In this document: positions 38,726-49,260 of the stretch, one piece after another
How the letters are laid out: each line of letters begins with the position of its first letter
Numbering within the stretch: position 1 is the stretch's first letter
DNA from: Paragordius varius
Taxonomy: Eukaryota > Animalia > Nematomorpha
NCBI GenBank assembly: GCA_964247055.1
Contig: OZ176052.1
Span: 3,100,001 to 3,164,000 of the forward strand
DNA: 64,000 bases
Direction of reading: 5' to 3'
Made by a program: the position numbers and the translations under genes
Notes under the pieces: model-generated
Told to the model about the DNA's origin: nothing
Seen by the model: only the letters and a program-made list of their open reading frames with translations
The model's database searches: none

Positions 38726-40436
38726 ATATTAGACCTCTAATAAAAATCTAATTTACATGTTAAAACCGCAAAGCAAAATTTCATCCATTATTCTTAAGTG
38801 AAGTAAGACATCATTTTTTAGATAAATTATACGCTGTCCGTAAAGTTTTTAAAATAGAGATCAGGCCTATTATAGCATCATCCTTCATTTAGTATAGATA
38901 GACATATTTATATATTGTAATACCAAAACCAACAATAGGTAAATGAACCGTAAATAGAGATATGGTAGTAAGGATAATTGTAATATGTTTGTTTTTCCAA
39001 AAATAAGATTTTACAAAACAAAAATTTTATCAATATTTTGTTAGTATACATATTGTGTATATGGTTTTAATCACAAAATTATGTAATAGATCAAAATTGT
39101 AAAATGGAGATAGATCTATATAATTGGATTGGATGGATGATTGAGATAATATATATATTTAAGAGTATTGGTGCCAGGGATCTTAAAAATACAGCCAATT
39201 ATCATTTTAAAAAATATCTATGGATCCTAAATTTATACAATTATAAAATACTTATATTTTCCCATGATAAATTTTCTCAGATAGAGAAAGTATTTTTAGT
39301 CCCAGCATTTTCCAAATTTATGTATATTAAAATTAAAAATAATTAACTACCATGAATTTGGTTTTCTAAGGCATCATCTGTTCTTGTTATATAATCGTCT
39401 GCGAGTTCTTTGTATGGGGGTGGTGGGTGATCTAAATGACAATTTCATCAATTAAAGATATTGTTAATTAAAATTAAATTTAAGGAATATCAATAATGAA
39501 CTGGATTTTAAATTAAAAGTTCAAATTATTACCTATGAAACATCGTTTACTCCAATGATTAGGGTTCAGGCAAACCCTTGGCAGGGACGAAGCATAAACA
39601 TTATTTAATTTGGATTTCTCAATTGAATTGCTTGTGTGAATATTTATGTCATACGGTTGAATGGACTGACAGTACATATTTGGTTTTAATTTTTGAGCAA
39701 GACTATGTGCAAAAGTTTGTATTTGGTTAATGTTAGGATGATAAACTTTAGATTGATTAATGTATGACTCGAATAGATCTAGCGCCAAGTCTGGCCATCT
39801 CCAATGCAAACAGATAAATAATTGAATGGATAAATTTAGGCCAGGCACAATCGTACATTTAGTGTTCGTATTGCAAGTGCTGCTTTTAAAAATACAATTA
39901 GAAGCATTTAATTTAGCAGTCCGATCTGTTAGGGCATTCCAAAGCGTTTCAATTTCATCATCTGACAATGATTTCAAAAACGTTTCAAGACAGACTTTTA
40001 GTTTTTGACTTAATGCGTCATTAGAAACTGTGGTATTTGATGTAAAAGTACAGCTATCATCTAACGATTTTAGGCAATCGGATTTTAGTTTGCAATCTTT
40101 GCCTTGTGCCGAAGTAAAATCAATGTACTGTTTGCTGTAATATACCTTTTCGTCGTTCATAAAATGAATATAATGCGGAGGGGATTTGTCCAAATCTAAA
40201 TTGTACAAATGTTTAGATTCTGTGAGATGACTAGAATTTTGCGTAAAAAATTGGGTTATACTATCAAATTGCAATGAATTGCTATCCGTTAAAGTAGCAG
40301 CGTTGCAAATTGTGGATTCTTTTTTAGCTATAAGTTGAATTAGTTTGGAACTCCGAATTAGTTTTTTGGTGATTAAAGCACGTTTGCACCGAAACATACA
40401 ACGCCTAAAACATAACAAGAGGTTTGATGAATCCAA
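35615..40436 (-). CDS. Inhibitory Smad (Smad6/7/Dad class), highly divergent, 3 exons, about 628-641 aa
   Basis: Exons 40436-39533, 39431-39351, 36555-35615 (1926 nt). The I-Smad N-terminal motif MFRCKRALITKKLIRS begins at 40397, which may be the true start. Other motifs: MH1-like ICLHWRWPDL and VCLNPNHWSK, PY motif HPPPPY, linker SDSTETG, MH2 WCSLACWRYRSRV ... VYIYNESRKPIFIDS ... KVPPDHCLKLYD ... [27 protein letters not shown]. No C-terminal SSXS. Smad6 versus Smad7 cannot be resolved. Confidence 0.9.
37260..37521. repeat. Remnant of a GCGGGCCGCA-containing repeat family (hAT-MITE-like), also at about 6590-6845, 22865-22890, 44430 and 46000-46020
   Basis: Recurring AAATGG(A/C)TT(T/C)GCGGGCCGCATT motif, with ends resembling ...CCCCTG (reverse complement of CAGGGG) at about 6840-6845 and 37516-37521. 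The hAT assignment is inferred only from terminus style. Confidence 0.45.
38670..38721. repeat. (AT)n microsatellite in I-Smad intron 2
   Basis: About 26 uninterrupted AT units. Shorter (AT)n runs occur elsewhere, and there is an (AT)n(GT)n compound at about 25175-25216. Confidence 0.95.
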
Positions 40437-41080
40437 ATTTTTTTGCGTATCTAATGACGGCTATCATAAAATGATTTTGAATCTTGAGTGGAGAACAGTG
40501 TTGCCAATATTAAAAAGGAATAATAGTCAATTTGAATGTTTATTAATGAGCAGTTGTATAAGTGAATCGAACTGATTATATAAATTATTGGAAAATATTA
40601 TTAACATAAATGATAGGGAAGGTAGGGAAGGCGCTATACGCAAATTTTTTAAATAAAAACAAACAAATGAACGAACAGAGGAGAGGACATTTATGATATA
40701 TATTCAATAACGTTTACTAAAATTGGTTGTAATAAACGGATGGAAAGGTGGTATATTTTGTAAATATACATTGTATATACATATAAAAAATAATTATGCA
40801 TTATGGTAGAAAAAAAAGATTATTTTTTATCAGATTTTTAGTAAATTGTGTATGATGAATACATTGTTTTACATATATAAACAAAAATATTTTTTTAGTG
40901 TTGTTTCGTAAACATCAAGCAATGCTGTGTGGTGCTTGAAATAAAAAACAATTGTTTTAGTAGAAAGGAGAGAAAGGAGGAAAGGGTTTTCATAATAAAC
41001 ATTATTGCGTGGTATTAAAAAAAGGACTAACATGTAAAAAAGCACCACAATACCTAATGATGTGTTTATGTTTAAACTTA

Positions 41081-42542
41081 GGGCCATGTGAATGAGCCAA
41101 TTTTCAAGCTCATTCACCTGGATTATGGATTATGAGGAAGCATATGTTTGAGGGAGGTGATTGAGTTTTTGAGGTGGGAGTTTTGAAAATTTTTATCAGT
41201 ATGATGGATAACAGTTCTACACGCTATTTAGGTTATTTTGTTCAAATAATTTATAGATATCCATCCATCTTTATGAATACCGTATATAAATTTAGCAATG
41301 TCGAAGGCCTGTTTTGTATTTTTATCAATATGATGAAAACAATTACACGCGATTTATATGCGGGTCTTATAGTTTTGTCTAAATAATTTCGAGATATCTG
41401 TGCATCTTTATGAATCCGTAAATAAATTCTGCAATGACGAAAAGCTTAAGGTATGGGAGGCTTTAGCCGAAGAAATGATCAATATTTAAATTGGGCAATC
41501 GCAAAAACATTAGAATCGAGATTGAAAAGAACGGAAGACAAAATGCTATATGATGATAAATTCTACCATTGAACTAGAACCAATAACAGCTTTAATCAGA
41601 ACAAATAGACTTCGGTATTTTGGACACATAGACAGATCCAGTATAGACTCACCTGCAAAAGAAATTCTTGATTTACAGATTTCTGTTCTTAACCGAAAAG
41701 GGAGGCCTAAAACAACTTGGACTCAAATCATAGAATAAGACTTTAAATTCCTGAACATACCTCGAAACGCAACAAATGATAGACATATATCGTAAATTAA
41801 TCCATGGAATCCCAATAACTGAGCCAAACCAATAATACATTCATAAAATATATTCATTTATTGTGTAAAAATAAATTATAAATAAAATTATGACAAATTA
41901 TGTATCTCCGATCTACTCCTGTCTGATGGCTATTCAATATAGGTGTTGTCTGATTTTCTGATAAAAGTTTGCTAACTCATTTTCGTCAATGTTACCTATC
42001 GCTTATATAGAAATATGTATTACCGAATACTCCGATTATCATTAGTAAGTAGCAGTTTCATGTCTAAAATAAACCAAATTTAAAATACTCGATAGTATTC
42101 CTGATTATTTTACCATTTAGAATGGTTTGATGACATATTTTAAATTCATGAAAAAACATATCAGTAGTTATACAATGATTTTCTAAATATTCAGTTAAAC
42201 TTGCTTATAAACTCGAACTAACTACCATTTCTTGCCTAAATATATAAAAATAAAGCATCTAACCTTTAGTAAGCATTTGCCCGAAAAATATTTTTTAATC
42301 CATGTCCAAAATTTCCAAAACCTACCATATACATATATTAAATATACTTTATTAAGGCTAATACAGTTTGCAGATTCCAAAAATTCTTCCTAGTTCTCGA
42401 GATATCGGCTTTTGTAACAAGCTTAATCCTGAAAAAAACAGGATTAAAAATTCCTCCATCTCAACAGGATGAGGAAGGCTCATTCACCTGGATCATTAAA
42501 AGTGGTGAATGAGCCTGCTCAACTGGCTCATTCACATGGGCC
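41081..42542. mobile_element. Non-autonomous TIR DNA transposon (family B), about 1.46 kb, upstream of the I-Smad gene
   Basis: TIRs GGGCCATGTGAATGAGCC / GGCTCATTCACATGGGCC, flanked by TA on both sides, with several subterminal GTGAATGAGC motifs. Superfamily not determined. Confidence 0.75.
41500..41830 (+). mobile_element. 5'-truncated 3' fragment of a related RTE-like LINE, nested in the family B element
   Basis: ORF 41550-41738 reads LIRTNRLRYFGHIDR ... NRKGRPKTTW, homologous to the 13127-12807 piece (RSRLKYLGHIERR ... NRKGRPTHSW). Boundaries approximate. Confidence 0.78.
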
Positions 42543-43684
42543 TAAACACTATAAAATGTACATCTATGGAAAAAACTTTTTATTCAACATATATTCAAAT
42601 TACGTTAGAAATAAGTTTTTTAATTGGCTTTTACTGTTATTTTAGATAGTTTTTGTCAGCATTTATTATTAGCATAATAAAAAACCGTAATTTAATTTTT
42701 TAGTAAAATATACAATGTACGTTTGAAAAATAAATATACTTGAAAAAATGGAAAGAGATTTATTATTGGTTATAAGTGTCTTTTCTAAATATTTTGTTGC
42801 TTATTACATTACAAATATTTAAATCTTTTATTAATTGACCAACTTTTGATCCTTTTTTATATAGATATTGCAATTTAGTTGAAAATTTAAACATCATTTA
42901 CATTCCCTTGTTTTATACGTATTATCATAATGGGTAGACAGTATTCTATATCCATAGAGCAATGCTTTGATAAAAAAATATATACATATGAGATTGTAAT
43001 TAAACATTGAACCATTATTTCATACTTGTTACAAGAGGCAGGCATGTTATATCAATATATATTTGTCGTGTAAGGAGAGACATTTTTATTGGTACCATAA
43101 ACAAAGTCGTCTCGATATTTCATTTATACTAAGAGTTTAATAAAAAAACTATTTCCGTTCAACTTTAAGTATTCTGGCTATTCAGACTTGAAAGAGAAAG
43201 ATGTATTTCTATGTAAACAAATGGCCATAGCGGTATTTATCTTACATAAAAATTTATGTCGTATTGACAAAAGATACTTCCAAAGCAATTTATGTTGAAA
43301 AAAGCACCATATATTATTCTCTAATGACTTTTATCCATCTTATCCAAAAAAAATTAAACTATTACCATAAAACTATTAGAAATATATTTGATATTTTAAT
43401 TACTTTAATTACAAATCCGGACAAAATCCCAAATATTAAATTTTAAAATGCATGATATTTTTGGACTAAAAAAGGTTAGGTGTTTAATTTGCAAAGTCAT
43501 CACAATACGCACTGTGTCGTGGCATATGGTAATACTGTAACATATGATAAAAAAACAAACGTTTTATTAAAGATTTTCGACTTATCTTTTAACAGTAGAT
43601 TTGATTTAATTATGGACTAACTTATTTTATACCATAAGCTTATATTGTACTAATTGCCAACAATAAAGTGTGGGAATTTCTTTT

Positions 43685-43777
43685 TATACCATTTCTCAAT
43701 GAAACGCAACATTTAAACGGAATTAAAAATGTTGCGTTTGATTTAAAAAGTGTTGCTTTGGACTGAAAAATGGTATA
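43685..43777. mobile_element. 93-bp mini-element with TATACCATTT termini and a different 21-bp unit
   Basis: TATACCATTTC ... AAAAATGGTATA; internal units resemble TTCAGTCCAAAGCAACACTTT. Confidence 0.65.
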
Positions 43778-44829
43778 TTTTGTAAATTTTAGAATATGCT
43801 GTTATATAAGAGCACAAATGTAAAATTTGGAAACTGTAGGACTACTTTTTATTTGATTAAAATGGAACAAGTCCTAGCGTAATAAAAAATTACAAAGTTT
43901 AAATAACTCGAAGCATTTAAGTATATTAATATTCTGTGTAAAATATTAGATTTTGTAACCACTACGAAATGATTTTTTATATCCTAAATTGCTTAATAGA
44001 ATGTTATGTGTCGAAATACTTTTTGTTAGATAAATGCCTGAGGCATCAGCACATTTTATGGCCCAGACAGAGATTTTTTTGCTTTATGTTAGCCATATGT
44101 CATTTGGAATGAGCTGAATTCCTTACACAATCAAAACAGCCCCCTATTAAGTGAAAATCCCCAAAACTTTGAATCAGAGGTGCCAAACACATATGAATTC
44201 ATGGGCCCTCTTTTAAGTTAATAATTTCGACGTGGGCCGGAATCAAAAAATATATGGAGAATAACAAATATCTTATGGGATTTCAAATAAAAATAATCGA
44301 AACAATATAAAAACTAATTATTTCACCAATTTTTGCTAGTTTGTTACTATATTAGAAAATAATTCAGATTTTATTTTGAAAAATACTCTAAAAATTTCTT
44401 ATATCCAATTTTCGTGGGACACATATTGGAGGCCGCATGTTAAACACTAACGTTTTAATAAATGATAAAGTATTATTTGAATTTGGGTTGAACATTTTTT
44501 TCAATAAAAAAATTCGCAAAAAAGGTTTTTACAATGGAGTCGAGTAGTAGGCAAACATATTTTTGGGCTACAAAGATGTTGTGCTAGATTTTTCATGTTA
44601 TCATTTCAGTTTACTTCGCCATTATTTCCACGTCAAAATAAAATTTTAAAGTAAATTATTCATTTATTCAAAATAATATATTTTTAGGCCATCATAGCAT
44701 ATATAATTTTTTATCGAGAACTCAGCACTCTTGCTTTATTTTTAGAGAACAAGCCCATTTAAAGGGATTTAATTTGTGACTTCTGGGCACTTTGACAAAT
44801 TAAAATTTAGCAAAATACTGCCTTTTAAA

Positions 44830-45060
44830 TATACCATTTCCCAGTCAAAATAAACGTTTTCGCAGTCAATCGAAACGTTTTCCCAGTCAATCGAAACGTT
44901 CCAGTCAATAGAAACATTTTCCCAGTCAATCGAAACGTTTTCCCAGTCAAAAGAAACATTTTCCCAGTCAATCGAAACGTTTTCCGAGTCAATCGAAACA
45001 TTTTCCTAGACAATAAAAACATTTTCCCAATCAATAAAAACTTTTTCCCAGTCAATAAAA
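44830..45060. repeat. 21-bp tandem array following a TATACCATTT terminus (probable truncated TIR element)
   Basis: TATACCATTT followed by about 10-11 copies of CCCAGTCAATCGAAACGTTTT. No matching right end was found before the Helitron at 45092. Confidence 0.8.
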
Positions 45061-45091
45061 ACGGTTTTATTTTTGATGATGAATATCGAAA

Positions 45092-45646
45092 TCTATATAT
45101 TTATAAAAATGGAAAATGCTGGCTTTGTGATCTGGTACAGGAAAAACGGTAGACCCATTCAAATCCAAACTTCGAAAAAATATAATCATTAATGAATGCC
45201 CCGACAATAGCTTCGCCCTTTTTTTGAAATAGGCCCCCAGCTCGGGCCCACCCCGTATGAAAAACGGTTTTTTTTTGAAAACAGAAGTCCACAAAAATCG
45301 TGTCTTTGAGACAATTTTCCGGAGAACATGTTGGACCATTCAATTTCAAATATGAATTTTGTTTACTTATTTTTGATCGCGCTGAACATAGTCGAGTCAC
45401 TTTTTTAATTTAGGCCCTCTTTTCACCCGCTACCCCCGTAAAATACCATTTTTTTCAAAAAACAAAGTCCACAAAAATAATTTTTTAAATCGATTTTTCG
45501 TCCTAGGTATGAGACCGTAAAAATTCAATAAAGATTCCACGTATTCCCTGTTAAAAGGCAAAAATTTTTAAGCGTTTCCCCCCCCCTCCCCCCCAGAAGT
45601 CCGAAGGACTTCCTCGGGCTGCGTAGCAGCACGAGATTTACGCTAG
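45092..45646 (+). mobile_element. Non-autonomous Helitron, copy 2
   Basis: A|TCTATATATT ... GCTGCGTAGCAGCACGAGATTTACGCTAG|T; collinear with copy 1. Confidence 0.88.
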
Positions 45647-46090
45647 TAAGATATAAAAATAACTTTTAACCATTATCAGTGTAATATTAGGATATTATTT
45701 TTTATAAAAACACAATTATTGAATGACAATATTCCAAGGATATTCCTGCGCACAATTAATGATTTATTCTTTAAAAGTTATATTTTTGGAGTTTAAGATG
45801 TTTTTAAGATAATATTTTTTATTTTATTGATGGTTTGCATTAATATTTGCCGAACGCTTTAAAACAGTTTTTAAATATGTCAAATTTTTCCATAAAAATA
45901 CTGTCGGAAAAAATATTTAAACAAAAATTTTTTTTTATATAAATGTTTCTGATTTGAAAATATTTAATAAAAAGATATATGACTAAAACAGGGGTACCAA
46001 ATGGCTTCGCGGGCCGCATTACTCAAAAAAGCACGGCGTCCCGCATTCGATATATATACGGACATTTATAAATAATTTTCCGATTAGACA

Positions 46091-46298
46091 TACAGTCAGG
46101 AATGTTTAGAATTGTCAAACATACGTTTTTAATTGATTTTTTACTTTGTTTTTAAATTGTTTACAATAAATAGGCTATTATTATTTTAGGGCTTAAAAAT
46201 GCGCATGTTGAAAGTTATATCAAACATTATAACAATTAAAAACAAAGTAAAATTAATTAAAAACGTATGTTTGACAATTCTAAACATACATGACTGTA
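46091..46298. mobile_element. Tc1/mariner-type MITE
   Basis: TA-CAGTCAGGAATGTTTAGAATTGTCAAACATACG ... CGTATGTTTGACAATTCTAAACATACATGACTG-TA, with long near-perfect inverted arms. Confidence 0.85.
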
Positions 46299-46554
46299 AG
46301 ACTGTAAAATACAAAAATATAACAATTTTTTTTAATTCGTTACCAATTTAATAGACCCATTCATGACACACCAAAGGAATCAACATGGATGAGGCCAGAT
46401 TCACTCAAATACGGCAAGTGGACGGTTAGAAAAAGGCCAGGAAGTGTTCCAAGGTCAACATAAAAGCATGGAAACTTCAATCGGTGTTTTTGCGAAGGAA
46501 TATTGTATCACAAAATAGAATCCGAAAGAAAACAATCTCGCTTTTTATTATCTA

Positions 46555-47115
46555 CTAGCGTAAATCTCGTGACTTCTGGAAGGGGGGGGGGGCTATTTGA
46601 AAAAAGGGACAATAAAATGATCCACATATGTTAATTTGAAACAATATTTAATAGCTATGATCGCATAGGAATTTTAGAACGGTGCATTCATACTAATATA
46701 TTGTGTACTTGGGGGAAAAATAGATTCAAAAATTTTTTTTGTGGATTTTGTTTTTTTGAAAAAAACGGCATTTTACGGGGAGAGCGGGTAAAAAGAGGGC
46801 CCAAATTAAAAAAGCGATCCGACTATGTTCGGCGCAATCGAAAATAAGTAAACAAAAATCATATTTGAAATTGAATGGTCCAACACGTTCTCCGCAAAAT
46901 TCTCTCAAAGACACGATTTTTGTGGACTTCTGTTAAAAAAACCATTTTTCACACGGGGTGGGCCCGAACTGGGGGCCAATTTAAAAAAAAAGGGCGAAGC
47001 TATTGTCGGGGCATTCATTAATTATATTTTTTCGATGTTTGAATTTGAATGGGTCTACCGGTTTTCCGGGACCAGATCACAAAGCCAGCATTTTCCATTT
47101 TTATAAATATATAGA
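46555..47115 (-). mobile_element. Non-autonomous Helitron, copy 3 (3' hairpins deleted)
   Basis: Minus strand A|TCTATATATTTATAAAAATGG ... CAGAAGTCACGAGATTTACGCTAG|T. Confidence 0.82.
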
Positions 47116-49260
47116 TGATAAATGTAAATCATTTAAAGATGCATCAGAATTCTAATTTTGTTAATGAAAGTGATTTCACTTTTGTGGAAAATGCCGAAAA
47201 AATAGCGATATTAGTTCCCATATTATGCTAAAAAATCATAGTGCAAGAATCGTTGCAAAAATTATCACTAACACTTTATTACCTTTCACTTTTTGTCCTA
47301 GTTTACATTTTGAGGTGGTTTCATATCCCAGAGCTCAATTTTTAGAATAAACTACAGTTTTGAAAGTTATCGGTTAAATTTAATTATCAAACATTGTTCT
47401 CATGTATTAACTAAAAAGCTTATATATTCTAGAACCTAAAATTGGGACAGCTCTGAAACACGAATGAGAGAAACAGCTGATATTAAAATTAAAATATATC
47501 AAGTTTTTGCTGGTAAACTGTAGCCCGAAGCTTAAGTTAATTATTTACATTTTCCAACCAATACATTTATATGCCTGGATTTAAAAAAATTATAGAAAAA
47601 ACTGGCGGCAAAAGAGTTTATTTTATTTTCAATTTATATTTTGAAAAAATAATAAACCTTAACACTTGGATACAACACATTCATTTTAGCTTTTCGATTC
47701 AAATTGCGATAGTTGGATACCCTAGGCATGTTTAAAATTAATACATAAAAAAATATGGAATCGAAACGGCAAAATTTTGCACTTATATAACATTACCGGA
47801 ATATATGAAAAAATATATTCAAAAATACTTGATATTACTTATGATGAAGTAAAACCCAAAGGTTAAAATTTAGTCAACGTGATATGTATGCATTGGTTAC
47901 ATTGAAAAATAATACAAAACCCCTTTTTCTATATCTATCAATGCTAGATGTAATAAAAAATTAACTATTTTCCTTTAAAGTTAAATGAACACAATATTTA
48001 AAATTCTGTAAAATAAAAATGGCATCGAAGTAGTTCGACACGAAACTTTTTTTTCGAATCGAAATTATATTTAGATATTTTAGCTTATTTTTATAATTTT
48101 TATTAGGATAGAAGCATAAATTTATATTACGACCGTTTCCGTCAGTAGTGTAAAAATATTAACTTTAATTTAGTCTGGGGATTTAGATAGTCCAATTTGG
48201 ATCGAAGTGTTAAAGACTAAGAAGACATATTATTTCGGCTTAATACCTGAAAACTATTTAAGCTTTTTAAATAGCCTGGGAAATATCCCAAAAGATGGAT
48301 TATTAAACTATATCAATTATATTTAACAGCAAAACAATGATTTATAAAATTTATTATCGGCTCCCATTGTCCTAATAAACCCTTTGATAGGGGCTAGTTG
48401 TATTATAAAACACTCAAAAGGGTCATGATTGTGCGATATAAAATATTGATTGCATTGTGGCGTAGAATAAAGAATGTGTTGCTCAAAATATTTTATAAAA
48501 TTATTGAATCGTATTTTTTGATATTTTGGAATATGAAAACGGCATAAAAGCTCTTTAGGTTTTAATAAAGCACTTCTTTTAAAAATATTGTTTTGCTCTT
48601 CTAATGTAGTTTGTTATATATTGATATTTTTTGGAATGAAGCAAGCATTGGCGAATGCGCGAATTTTGTCATTTTCGATATGGAACACTTACAACAAAAG
48701 TGTAAATAACATTCTTAAATTACTCGTACGGCCTAAATCAAAAGTACAATAATAATGCTGATTTTTACTATCAGAATATATATTACATTAGGCTATTTTT
48801 CATACATTTTCAAAAGATAAAAATATTTTGCCTTAATATATCTTATTTTATATATAATCTTGAATTAAAATTTAACCAACGTGACACCAAAAATATATAT
48901 TAATGCAAAATAAGGAAATTATGGCTTATTCATATAATTTTTATTAGGATAGAGGGGTAATTTTAAATTTTTGATAGTATCCGTTTAAATATGGTCTAAT
49001 CTATAGCCCCAATTTTAATCCAAGTGTTAAGATTATAATTTTTAATTGGGATAGTTATTTTTTAGAATAGCTGCCGTAGGCCTGGGTAACGTCTTATATC
49101 TTATTTTATCGGATAATCATTTATTGAAACTGAAAATTTGACGATAGTATATATTAAAATTTTTATTATACAATATAGTGAATAACGGTTAGAATCAAGT
49201 GTAACTAAATTTAACATTTGTTTCAACGTTTTTGATTTTTAAAAATCATAGGCCAAAATT

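Noticed and set aside
44825-45055. 76-aa ORF with LTGKTFR repeats; superficially CRISPR-like array
   Set aside because: A head-to-tail 21-bp tandem repeat with no unique spacers, in a eukaryote; the ORF is an artefact of the 3n period.
46350-46500. Possible RTE C-terminal remnant (LKYGKWTVRKRPGSVPRST*)
   Set aside because: Similarity is too weak and short to call without a search.
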